Made by a program: the position numbers and the translations under genes. Of a stretch of 32,000 nucleotides of DNA, positions 11,788 to 19,106 are shown piece after piece. The DNA is taken from assembly GCA_942493095.1 (NCBI GenBank), contig OW818675.1:570001-602000 (forward strand), given 5' to 3'. The number at the start of each line of letters is the position of its first letter. Within the stretch, counting starts at the first letter, position 1. The DNA is from Candidatus Electronema halotolerans (GTDB lineage: Bacteria > Desulfobacterota > Desulfobulbia > Desulfobulbales > Desulfobulbaceae). The notes beneath the pieces are model-generated. The model searched no databases, was not told the DNA's origin, and saw only the letters and a list, made by a program, of their open reading frames with translations.

Positions 11788-12658
11788 TGAACAAATCTCC
11801 GTTGTACATATTTGCTATATGTTTGCCGTTTCTATTTTTTCGAGTGCAGGACTTTTCCGGCGGCAGCAGTTCCTCTCCATTAAAACGTTGCATACAAAAA
11901 ACACGTCGCAAGCCAATTTTCAAATATTCTTCTTGTAATTCTACACTGATTGTTCTACGTTGCAGTTTTTTTGCAACAGCCGCTGTTGTAAATGTGCCTG
12001 CAAAAAGGTCTAAAACAACATCACCTTCACGGCTGCTGGCACGAATAATACGCTCCAATAAAGATTCAGGCTTTTGTGAAGGATGATTTTCATATTCATC
12101 CATCCGGTAACGCACCCTTGGAAAATACCAAACATTGCCGGGGATTTTTTCCGTGCTGTATGGTGCAGGTGTTGCCTTCCTGTAATCAATCAATTTTCGT
12201 TGCGCCCCAGTTTTCGCTTCAACTTTAATTTCATCAGCATTGAAGACATACTGCTGCGAATCTTTGACACAATGCAGTATTGGTTCATACATTGAGCCAT
12301 AGTATCTTTTAGCCTGCACGCCAGAGCTGTCATAGTGCCAGATGATTCGGCTGAGAACAGTCAGCTTTTTTTTCAAAAATATATCAAAGTACGGCATGGC
12401 TTGCGTGCTTGTCATAACATACAGAGTTCCTGTTGGTTTAAGCACTCTTATACATTCATCAAGCCATTGGTATGCCCACTCCGCATAAGCCTCATCAGAA
12501 GGCCATTTGTCATAAAAGCCAGCAAATTTTTTTCCAATATTGTAAGGAGGATCAAGGAAGATTAAATCAACAGACTCTGCTGGCAGCTCAGTTCGCAAGG
12601 TTTCAAGCGCATCACCCAAGTATATGCAGTGTCCATCCTGTTCAAATTTAGATGTCAT
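11756..12658 (-). CDS. beta-class DNA methyltransferase (N6-adenine or N4-cytosine)
   Basis: The catalytic motif IV, LDPPYNIG, precedes the AdoMet motif I, VVLDLFAGTFTTAAVA; HPSQKPESLLERII is also present. The ATG at 12658 is taken as the start; the ORF track begins at a TTG at 12661. Confidence 0.9.
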   Translation of the reverse strand: MTSKFEQDGHCIYLGDALETLRTELPAESVDLIFLDPPYNIGKKFAGFYDKWPSDEAYAEWAYQWLDECIRVLKPTGTLYVMTSTQAMPYFDIFLKKKLTVLSRIIWHYDSSGVQAKRYYGSMYEPILHCVKDSQQYVFNADEIKVEAKTGAQRKLIDYRKATPAPYSTEKIPGNVWYFPRVRYRMDEYENHPSQKPESLLERIIRASSREGDVVLDLFAGTFTTAAVAKKLQRRTISVELQEEYLKIGLRRVFCMQRFNGEELLPPEKSCTRKNRNGKHIANMYNGDLFNASIEARVYK

Positions 12659-12677
12659 CAAGGGTTACTCTTTAGAA

Positions 12678-12723
12678 GGTGTGAACGAGTTCGCTGGTTC
12701 ACACGCTCCAGCGTGTAAACCAG
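12678..12723. promoter_or_regulatory. two overlapping, mutually exclusive inverted repeats just upstream of the methyltransferase
   Basis: A 13-bp inverted repeat, ctggttcacacgc (12694-12706) pairing with gcgtgtaaaccag (12711-12723), has one mismatch. An 8-bp inverted repeat, gtgtgaac (12679-12686) pairing with gttcacac (12697-12704), shares the middle arm. Confidence 0.35.
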
Positions 12724-12737
12724 ACGAAACCATAGAA

Positions 12738-13607
12738 TTACTTGCATTTATAAAAGTTGCGAGCCTGATAAATGCAATGATCTATATGAGAATCTGAGAT
12801 GGATGCTCCTTCTGAATGTTCCAGCTTGACGCGATACCGAATATATACTTCCAAAGATAGAGAAAAAGGCATTTCACCTTCAGCAGCATTACAGCGATGC
12901 GCCTCAATAAGCTGGAGAATGCGCATTGGTGAAATATTTTCATTAAGACATCGCGCCCAAGACTCAACGATTGAAAATATCGTAGCTTCAGGAAGTCCCA
13001 TTATAACTACTATCGGCATTGAATCAATTACAGCAGGTGATACGTCAAACATCTCTGCAAAATTTGGATCATTAGCTAATCTTTTTTTAACCAATTCACG
13101 AATAAGGCTTTCTTTTGTTATTTTTTTCTTAAAAAGACCAAATAAAGAATTTGATAACCTCGAAAAAATACCATTTTTATTCGAGATTAAATCTTTTGTC
13201 ACATAAATATTTGCAGTTAAGTGCAATATTTTACGCATAACGGCCAGCGCGTTAGCTTCAAATACCTCTAACCTTGCATATTCATTTGATGAATCAAGAT
13301 TTACATGACCAGATTCATCAAATATGCAAAGAAACACATCATATCCTGCATCCTCTTCAAAATCATGACCGAGCTTATCGGCGGCAATTTCCATAAAAGC
13401 AGGGCTTAACATGCTTTGTTCTGCCGTAATATACATGATTGGCGAAGAATTATCTTTCTTCTGATATATTACTAACAGATAAAGATATTGTATTGGACCG
13501 AAACTTTCAGGGTCGCGCACTAAGACAGCCTGATATTCTCCACACTCATATGCTTTTAATGCTGTTCCTCCAGAGATTAACGGAGCGGTTTTTCCTGGTT
13601 CAAGCAT
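12738..13607 (-). CDS. hypothetical protein, 289 aa, no recognisable motif
   Basis: A clean ATG-initiated ORF in the AT-rich island, co-oriented with the R-M genes. The antisense ORFs are short. Confidence 0.6.
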   Translation of the reverse strand: MLEPGKTAPLISGGTALKAYECGEYQAVLVRDPESFGPIQYLYLLVIYQKKDNSSPIMYITAEQSMLSPAFMEIAADKLGHDFEEDAGYDVFLCIFDESGHVNLDSSNEYARLEVFEANALAVMRKILHLTANIYVTKDLISNKNGIFSRLSNSLFGLFKKKITKESLIRELVKKRLANDPNFAEMFDVSPAVIDSMPIVVIMGLPEATIFSIVESWARCLNENISPMRILQLIEAHRCNAAEGEMPFSLSLEVYIRYRVKLEHSEGASISDSHIDHCIYQARNFYKCK

Positions 13608-13691
13608 AATTCATCTCAGATGCTTTTATGAAAAGCAGTTCTGCTATGTCTGGTTCCAATGTTTGAGATTTAAACCAAAAAGCAAAGATTA

Positions 13692-13958
13692 TTACTTTTT
13701 GTTAATTTGATAGTTTTTCATGGAGGCAGCTCTTGCTTTCATTAACCCATCGCTTATATTTTTTCCCTCTATTTTATCCCTGGAGAGGAAAAACATTTTT
13801 AACGGAGGAATGAAAGAATTTGCAGGGTCTTTATATAGATCACTGATAACATCACAAATCTTTGTTCTGGTGTCTCGAACGAATAGTTTTTCTCTGAGAT
13901 TAGCAAGCTCCGGTGGCTCTGGTGTCGTTAGCCACTTTTCCTGAGCAACAGTTTGCAT
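13692..13958 (-). CDS. hypothetical small protein (about 88 aa)
   Basis: An ORF in the AT-rich island with an ATG at 13958; the track begins at a TTG at 13964. The frame stays open about 80 nt further upstream without a start codon, so it may be a remnant. Confidence 0.4.
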   Translation of the reverse strand: MQTVAQEKWLTTPEPPELANLREKLFVRDTRTKICDVISDLYKDPANSFIPPLKMFFLSRDKIEGKNISDGLMKARAASMKNYQINKK

Positions 13959-14124
13959 AGTCAATACATATGCTTCTGCAATTCCATCAGTAACACCATC
14001 TATATATACTTCTTGAACAAATCTGTTCCAAGACAGCCATAGATGAGCATATAGCGGTTACGGGTTGAACAGTTATCAAATTTCATTGCTTTGTTAAAAG
14101 TTTTGTATATATAAATTCAGTATG

Positions 14125-14256
14125 TTAGACGCATGGTGAAATGACAGGATGATCGCCATGAGACATATAACTGCTATAATTATATGGAGCTGCTGTAGCT
14201 GTAGAACTTAACGATACAAATAGAAAAACAACTACAAAAATTTTTCTACAGTTCAT
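14125..14256 (-). CDS. possible small secreted peptide (43 aa: MNCRKIFVVVFLFVSLSSTATAAPYNYSSYMSHGDHPVISPCV)
   Basis: It is not in the ORF track because it is under 60 aa. GGAGA lies 4 nt upstream of the ATG, and the ORF starts 11 nt after the stop of the 151-aa gene. It has a signal-peptide-like N-terminus with an A-x-A site. Confidence 0.25.
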   Translation of the reverse strand: MNCRKIFVVVFLFVSLSSTATAAPYNYSSYMSHGDHPVISPCV

Positions 14257-14267
14257 TTTTTCTCCTT

Positions 14268-14723
14268 TTATTTACCATTTTCACGTAACGCACGAACCAA
14301 CTCAGGGCTTATTTCCCTATTTGGCTCATTTCTTAAAATCAACACATTTATAATACTCATATACATATAAGCTCTATTATTCTCAGGCATTTTTTCCACT
14401 AAACTAATAGCGAGTTGCGTATCTTGCAATTTAACAAGCTTTTGGATGCAGACATCAACTTGACCAATGTTTTTATTATGAATATAGAAAAAGGCAGCGG
14501 CAATAAACTCTGATAGTGTGCCAGCAACAGCAATAACAGCAGATTCAGTGATACTATTTGGAGAGTTGAAGAAAACAAGAAATGCTAAAAGAATCACAAG
14601 GAATCCGATAGCTGCGGCAAAGATACTCATCCAAAAACTTACCTTGTGCTGAAATCTGGCTGACTCATAGAACTGACTAAGATTAACTATAAAATTTTCA
14701 TTCGAGTTAGATTCTACAGACAT
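14268..14723 (-). CDS. 2-TM membrane protein with a C-terminal helical tail; resembles 2-TM effector modules of conflict systems (SLATT / TRADD-N-associated membrane domain type)
   Basis: 151 aa. A polar N-terminus is followed by two adjacent TM helices, FWMSIFAAAIGFLVILLAFLVFF and AVIAVAGTLSEFIAAAFFYI, then a helical tail. The family resemblance is from memory only. Confidence 0.6.
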   Translation of the reverse strand: MSVESNSNENFIVNLSQFYESARFQHKVSFWMSIFAAAIGFLVILLAFLVFFNSPNSITESAVIAVAGTLSEFIAAAFFYIHNKNIGQVDVCIQKLVKLQDTQLAISLVEKMPENNRAYMYMSIINVLILRNEPNREISPELVRALRENGK

Positions 14724-14792
14724 TTTTTTATTTAAAAAAGAATTTATCGCTAAAGGGCGAACCTACCAAGTCCGCCCCTTGCTGCAATCCCC

Positions 14793-15467
14793 TTACGGCA
14801 ACTGCCCCATAATCTCCTCGTAAACCTCCTTAATCGTCTTGGAGCCATCAACAGAAATAATCTTGGCTTTGCTGTTCTGCTTGAAGTAATTCACCGCCGC
14901 CATCGTGCCGGTCTTGTCATCATAGTAGATGTCATGCCGCTTGCCGATGGCCGCCTCGTCCTGATCATCAGCGCGGGCACTCAACTCGCCGCCGCAGACC
15001 CGGCAAACCAACTTGCCGTCCTTCTCCACCGGCTTAATCGCCTCAAAAGCAATGTGGTTCGGATGGTTGTTGTCATTGGCGCACAGCCGACGGCCCATGA
15101 TCCGCTCTTTGGCAATCTGCCGGTCCAGCACAATCTCAACCACGCAATCCAAGGCCATGCCAGATTCGGTCAACGCCTTATCCAACGCCTTGGCCTGCTC
15201 CAAAGAGCGCGGGAAGCCGTCTAAGAGCCAGCCTTTGTCCTTGGACTTTGCCAAGGTTTCCAGCACCATCGGCACGGTGATTTCATCCGGCACGAGGTCG
15301 CCCTTGTCAATATAGGCCTTGGCCTTTTTGCCCAGCTCGGTGCCGCCTTTGATGTGCTCGCGGAAGATCGCGCCAGACTCAATGTGATCCATGCCATACT
15401 TCTCTTTGACGATTGCGCCTTGGGTACCTTTGCCGCTGCCGTTTGGTCCAAAGGTGAGGATGTTCAT
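14793..15467 (-). CDS. adk: adenylate kinase (long form with a Cys-containing lid)
   Basis: P-loop GPNGSGKGTQ, motif GFPRSLEQA, and a lid with CRVCGG. Confidence 0.95.
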   Translation of the reverse strand: MNILTFGPNGSGKGTQGAIVKEKYGMDHIESGAIFREHIKGGTELGKKAKAYIDKGDLVPDEITVPMVLETLAKSKDKGWLLDGFPRSLEQAKALDKALTESGMALDCVVEIVLDRQIAKERIMGRRLCANDNNHPNHIAFEAIKPVEKDGKLVCRVCGGELSARADDQDEAAIGKRHDIYYDDKTGTMAAVNYFKQNSKAKIISVDGSKTIKEVYEEIMGQLP

Positions 15468-15682
15468 GACTGACCTCTCAGAAAAGTTGAAATAAAAGAA
15501 TATGCTGCCCCCAGAATGAAGCGGGGCGGAAATGGGCTTTTTCTGTTCGGGAAAAGACTATACCCCAGCCGGACTGCTTCTGCCAGCGGAAATGCGGCTC
15601 TATCCTTTGACAGGCAGGCGGAAAGCGGGTAAAAACAGGCAAAGTCTTTTCCTCTCCTTCAAGAAAGAACAACTGAACTTAT

Positions 15683-16993
15683 ATGAAGAAAACAGTGAAT
15701 GTTGGCCTGATTGGCTTTGGCACCGTGGGCAGCGGGCTGGCAGAAGTGCTGCTTTGCCAGCAGGAGCGCATTGCCCAGCGCAGTGGCCTGACCATCCGCC
15801 TGAGCAAGGTTGCGGACATCTCCATTTCTCATCTGCCAGAGCGTTTCGCCGCTGTCCAGCTCACCAAGAATGCGGATGAGCTGATCAATGACCCGGAGAT
15901 TGACATCATAGTGGAGCTGATCGGCGGCATTGAGCCGGCCAAGACCTTCATCCTCAAGGCTATTGCCGCAGGCAAGCACGTGGTCACGGCTAACAAGGCC
16001 CTGCTCTCGCAGGAAGGACAGGAGATATTCGCCGCTGCCGCTGCCAAGGGCGTGGAGGTCGGCTTTGAGGCCAGCGTGGGCGGCGGCATTCCGCTGATCA
16101 AGGCCCTCAAGGAAGGGCTGGTCGCCAACAGGATTCTCTCGGTTATGGGCATCCTCAACGGCACAGCCAACTACATCCTCACTCGGATGACCGACGAGTG
16201 CATGCCCTTTGCCGAGGTGCTCAAGGAGGCGCAGCAGCTTGGTTTTGCTGAGGCTGACCCGACGTATGATGTGGAAGGTGTTGACACGGCCCATAAGCTG
16301 GCCATTCTGATGCGCATCGCCTTTGGCATGAACATCACCCACAGCGACATTCCCACCGAGGGCATCAGCAACATTGAGCCAGTGGATATCAACTTTGCCC
16401 GCGAGTTCGGCTGCCGGATCAAACTGCTCGCAGTCAGCCACAGCCTGCCTAACGGCGAGCTGGAGGCGCGGGTTCATCCGACAATGGTGCCCAACTCCCA
16501 CCCGCTCGCCTCCATCAACGGGGCCTACAACGCGGTTCACTTCAGCGGCGACATGGTCGGCAATGTCCTGCTCTATGGGCTGGGCGCGGGCAAGCTGCCC
16601 ACTGGCTCGGCAGTGGCGGCGGACGTGGTCGATATCGCCCGCAACATTGCCGCCAATTCAGTCGGGCGGGTGCCTGCCCTGTCCTATCTGCCGGAGCACA
16701 TCTCTGAGCACCGCCTTGCTCCGCCGGAGGAGCTGCGCTGCCCTTCGTATCTGCGCATCACGGCCTTGGACAAGCCAGGGGTGCTGGCCAACATCGCTGC
16801 CATCCTCAGCAGGCACGGCATCAGCATTGAGTCAGTGCTGCAAAAGGGCCGGGAGGAGAACGAGCCTGTGGGTGTGGTCATTCTCACCCACACGGCCAGC
16901 GAGGCGGCGCAGGCGACGGCCTTGGCCGAAATTGATGCCTTGGACACGGTGACTGCGCCCATAGTGCGGATCAGAATGCTGGGGGAGGAGTGA
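15683..16993 (+). CDS. hom: homoserine dehydrogenase with a C-terminal ACT domain
   Basis: 436 aa. Rossmann motif GLIGFGTVG, then VVTANKALL and GILNGTANYIL, with an ACT-like tail. Confidence 0.95.
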   Translation: MKKTVNVGLIGFGTVGSGLAEVLLCQQERIAQRSGLTIRLSKVADISISHLPERFAAVQLTKNADELINDPEIDIIVELIGGIEPAKTFILKAIAAGKHVVTANKALLSQEGQEIFAAAAAKGVEVGFEASVGGGIPLIKALKEGLVANRILSVMGILNGTANYILTRMTDECMPFAEVLKEAQQLGFAEADPTYDVEGVDTAHKLAILMRIAFGMNITHSDIPTEGISNIEPVDINFAREFGCRIKLLAVSHSLPNGELEARVHPTMVPNSHPLASINGAYNAVHFSGDMVGNVLLYGLGAGKLPTGSAVAADVVDIARNIAANSVGRVPALSYLPEHISEHRLAPPEELRCPSYLRITALDKPGVLANIAAILSRHGISIESVLQKGREENEPVGVVILTHTASEAAQATALAEIDALDTVTAPIVRIRMLGEE

Positions 16994-17033
16994 TGCGAGG
17001 AGTGCCCTTCGGCGGCGCTCAGGGCGCGGCTCA

Positions 17034-18329
17034 TCAGCCGAAACGCCAGCGGTCCTTGTCCGAACCAGGATCAAAAACCGTGCATTTGTTCTTGCCCTCA
17101 TCCTTGCTCCGGTAGAGGGCGCGGTCAGCCATTTTCATGACCTCGGTCAGGTCATCGCCGTGATCCGGGAAGCAGGCAATGCCGCAGCTAACCGTGATTT
17201 CAACGTTATGCCCCTCGTAGAGCAGCGGCGTGGCCGCAATCCGGCTGCGCAGCCGCTCCGCCACTGTGAAAGCATCCTGACAGCCGGTTTCCGGGAGAAA
17301 GGCGATGAATTCATCCCCGCCAAAGCGGGCTATCATGTCCTCCTCGCGCAGCTCAGAGCGCATGGTCTCGGAGATGGAGACAATCAGCATGGTGCCGGCG
17401 TGGTGGCCAAGGTTGTCGTTGACCGCTTTCAGGCTGTCCGCGTCAATCATCAGGACCGAAAAGGTGCCTGACCGGGTCAGGGTGCGCTGATATTCCCGCT
17501 GCATGAAGATCAGCAGCATCTTCATGTTCCACAGCCCGGTGAGCTGATCCGTGCGCGAGAGCTGCCGGATTTTCTCCTTGATGATTTCGTTTTCCTCTGA
17601 AAAACGGGAGACAGTCCAAGCCAGCATCCAGAGCAGTATCAGGCGGATCAGGGGCACGACCAAGTATTCTGCATTCACCCGGAGGGCTTCCAGGGTGCCG
17701 GAAAAGGCCTTGCGGTCCGCAGCGGCGAGCAGCAGCCAGCAGACCGTGACTGCGCTGGTCTGCTGGAAGGTCGCCTTTGCGTCCAAAACCGCGCTGGTCA
17801 GCATGATGGCGACAAAGTAAAGAGGCAGAAAAGGGCTGGAGAGCAGACCGGTCTGCCAGACCGTCACTGTGGTCAGGGCCAGCACCGCCCATGTGTCCAG
17901 CTCCAGCAGCCAGCGGCTGCCCTGCGCCTTGGGGCGGATGAAATGCATCCCGGTGAAGACTGCGGCGCAGACAGCTAATGCGGCCAGCAGGACAGTCGGC
18001 TGCGCCACCTGCACACAGGGCAGCGCCGTGCAGAGCGCGACCAAAAGCAGCAGGCCCCATTGCAGGACAGACAATATTTTCTGGTGGACTGTCCGCTCCT
18101 CCCGGTCAATCTCGTTGTGCTCATCAATGGGAATCTGTCCAACCCGCTGCCCGCTCAGAAGCGAATAGATGGGGGAACTTTTCTCATGGGCGGTCATGCC
18201 GTCCGTAGTGAAAACATCTTTGCCAGACAAGGTGCCGCTGTCTCCGCTGCCGGGTTTTCTTTCCCTCATGCCGTGGTCTGTCCGCACCCTGCCGCCTGAG
18301 ATTGCCGATTGCGCGGCTGCAAGGCGCAT
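17034..18329 (-). CDS. membrane-anchored diguanylate cyclase (GGDEF domain)
   Basis: The N-terminal half is multi-TM. The C-terminal GGDEF domain carries RFGGDEF and a conserved YRSKDEGKN tail. The true start is uncertain because there are several in-frame Met codons. Confidence 0.85.
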   Translation of the reverse strand: MRLAAAQSAISGGRVRTDHGMRERKPGSGDSGTLSGKDVFTTDGMTAHEKSSPIYSLLSGQRVGQIPIDEHNEIDREERTVHQKILSVLQWGLLLLVALCTALPCVQVAQPTVLLAALAVCAAVFTGMHFIRPKAQGSRWLLELDTWAVLALTTVTVWQTGLLSSPFLPLYFVAIMLTSAVLDAKATFQQTSAVTVCWLLLAAADRKAFSGTLEALRVNAEYLVVPLIRLILLWMLAWTVSRFSEENEIIKEKIRQLSRTDQLTGLWNMKMLLIFMQREYQRTLTRSGTFSVLMIDADSLKAVNDNLGHHAGTMLIVSISETMRSELREEDMIARFGGDEFIAFLPETGCQDAFTVAERLRSRIAATPLLYEGHNVEITVSCGIACFPDHGDDLTEVMKMADRALYRSKDEGKNKCTVFDPGSDKDRWRFG

Positions 18330-18501
18330 GGTTGCCCAAGCCAGCTTGCGACCGCCTTATTTCCGGGGTTGGAAAATTTCAAAATATCATGTCTGTTTTC
18401 TAAAAACAAGCTGAATTATCAGTCCTGAGAACCGGCTCCGCCTCCCTGCCGCAGGGCCTGACCTGCCTGTTGAGCGTGAAAAAATCCCTTGTAAAGGCTG
18501 T

Positions 18502-18516
18502 TGACAATATTTATTA
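18502..18516. promoter_or_regulatory. candidate Fur box overlapping a TTGACA -35-like hexamer upstream of feoA
   Basis: TGACAAT-A-TTTATTA matches the 7-1-7 Fur consensus TGATAAT-n-ATTATCA at about 11 of 14 positions. It lies about 150 nt upstream of feoA. Confidence 0.3.
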
Positions 18517-18663
18517 TTTACAAAAAAAATGCCGGAAGGCGGCATCTTCCGTTCTTTCGGCAGCGGAAACAACAGCGAACTGGAAACCGGAATGTTCTTT
18601 CATTGTCTGTTTGGCAAGGGAAGAGGCTGCGGCTGGAAAAAAATGCGCGCCTCTTCTCCTGGG

Positions 18664-18891
18664 ATGCGGCCTCTGTCGGAATGCTGCGGCTGCCGCCGGG
18701 TCAGAGTCTGCAAAGTCAGCGGCGACCGGACGGTCTGCGGCAGAATGGCCAGCTTGGGCGTGCTGCCCGGCACGGTGCTGGAGCCGTTCTGCTCACGACA
18801 TGGCCGACGGCACTGCGTGGTCAAAGTCAACGGCGGCACCCTCAGCCTGGACGAACTGACTGCGGCCAGCATCCTTGTCGAACCGGCCTGA
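18664..18891 (+). CDS. feoA: ferrous iron transport protein A (FeoA domain), unusually Cys-rich
   Basis: 75 aa starting at MRPLSE. The SH3-like pattern ...LASLGVLPGTVLE...VKVNGGTLSLDELTAASILVEP is present, and the gene lies immediately upstream of feoB. Confidence 0.8.
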   Translation: MRPLSECCGCRRVRVCKVSGDRTVCGRMASLGVLPGTVLEPFCSRHGRRHCVVKVNGGTLSLDELTAASILVEPA

Positions 18892-18893
18892 TC

Positions 18894-19061
18894 ATGCAGG
18901 AACTGCTCGTCGCCATCATCATTGCCGCAGTGCTGGTCTGGCTGGGCCTGCGGCTCTTCCGCGCTCTTCGCTCCGGCCAGTGCAAAGGTTGTCCGGGCTG
19001 CGGCACCAACTGCCCGCCTGCTGACCAGCCAGTTGACAACGACGAACAAGACTGCGGCTGA
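18894..19061 (+). CDS. FeoB-associated Cys-rich small membrane protein
   Basis: 55 aa with one TM helix (LLVAIIIAAVLVWLGL) followed by CKGCPGCGTNC. It sits between feoA and feoA's partner gene feoB. Confidence 0.7.
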   Translation: MQELLVAIIIAAVLVWLGLRLFRALRSGQCKGCPGCGTNCPPADQPVDNDEQDCG

Positions 19062-19106
19062 CCCTTCTCTTTTTCTGAGCCGCTCCTTCAACCGCAGAAT
19101 CAGCCT

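Noticed and set aside
14724-14792. Hairpin aagggcg...cgcccctt downstream of adk as a terminator
   Set aside because: The stem is short (5-7 bp) with a 14-nt loop, and the U-rich tract is separated from it. It is plausible, but I cannot support it from sequence alone.
15659-16540. 293-aa minus-strand ORF
   Set aside because: It is antisense to hom, which is clearly identifiable.
17443-18060. 205-aa minus-strand ORF in an alternative frame of the GGDEF gene region
   Set aside because: It overlaps the diguanylate cyclase in another frame. It is Gly/Ala/Arg/Pro-rich with no TM or domain logic.
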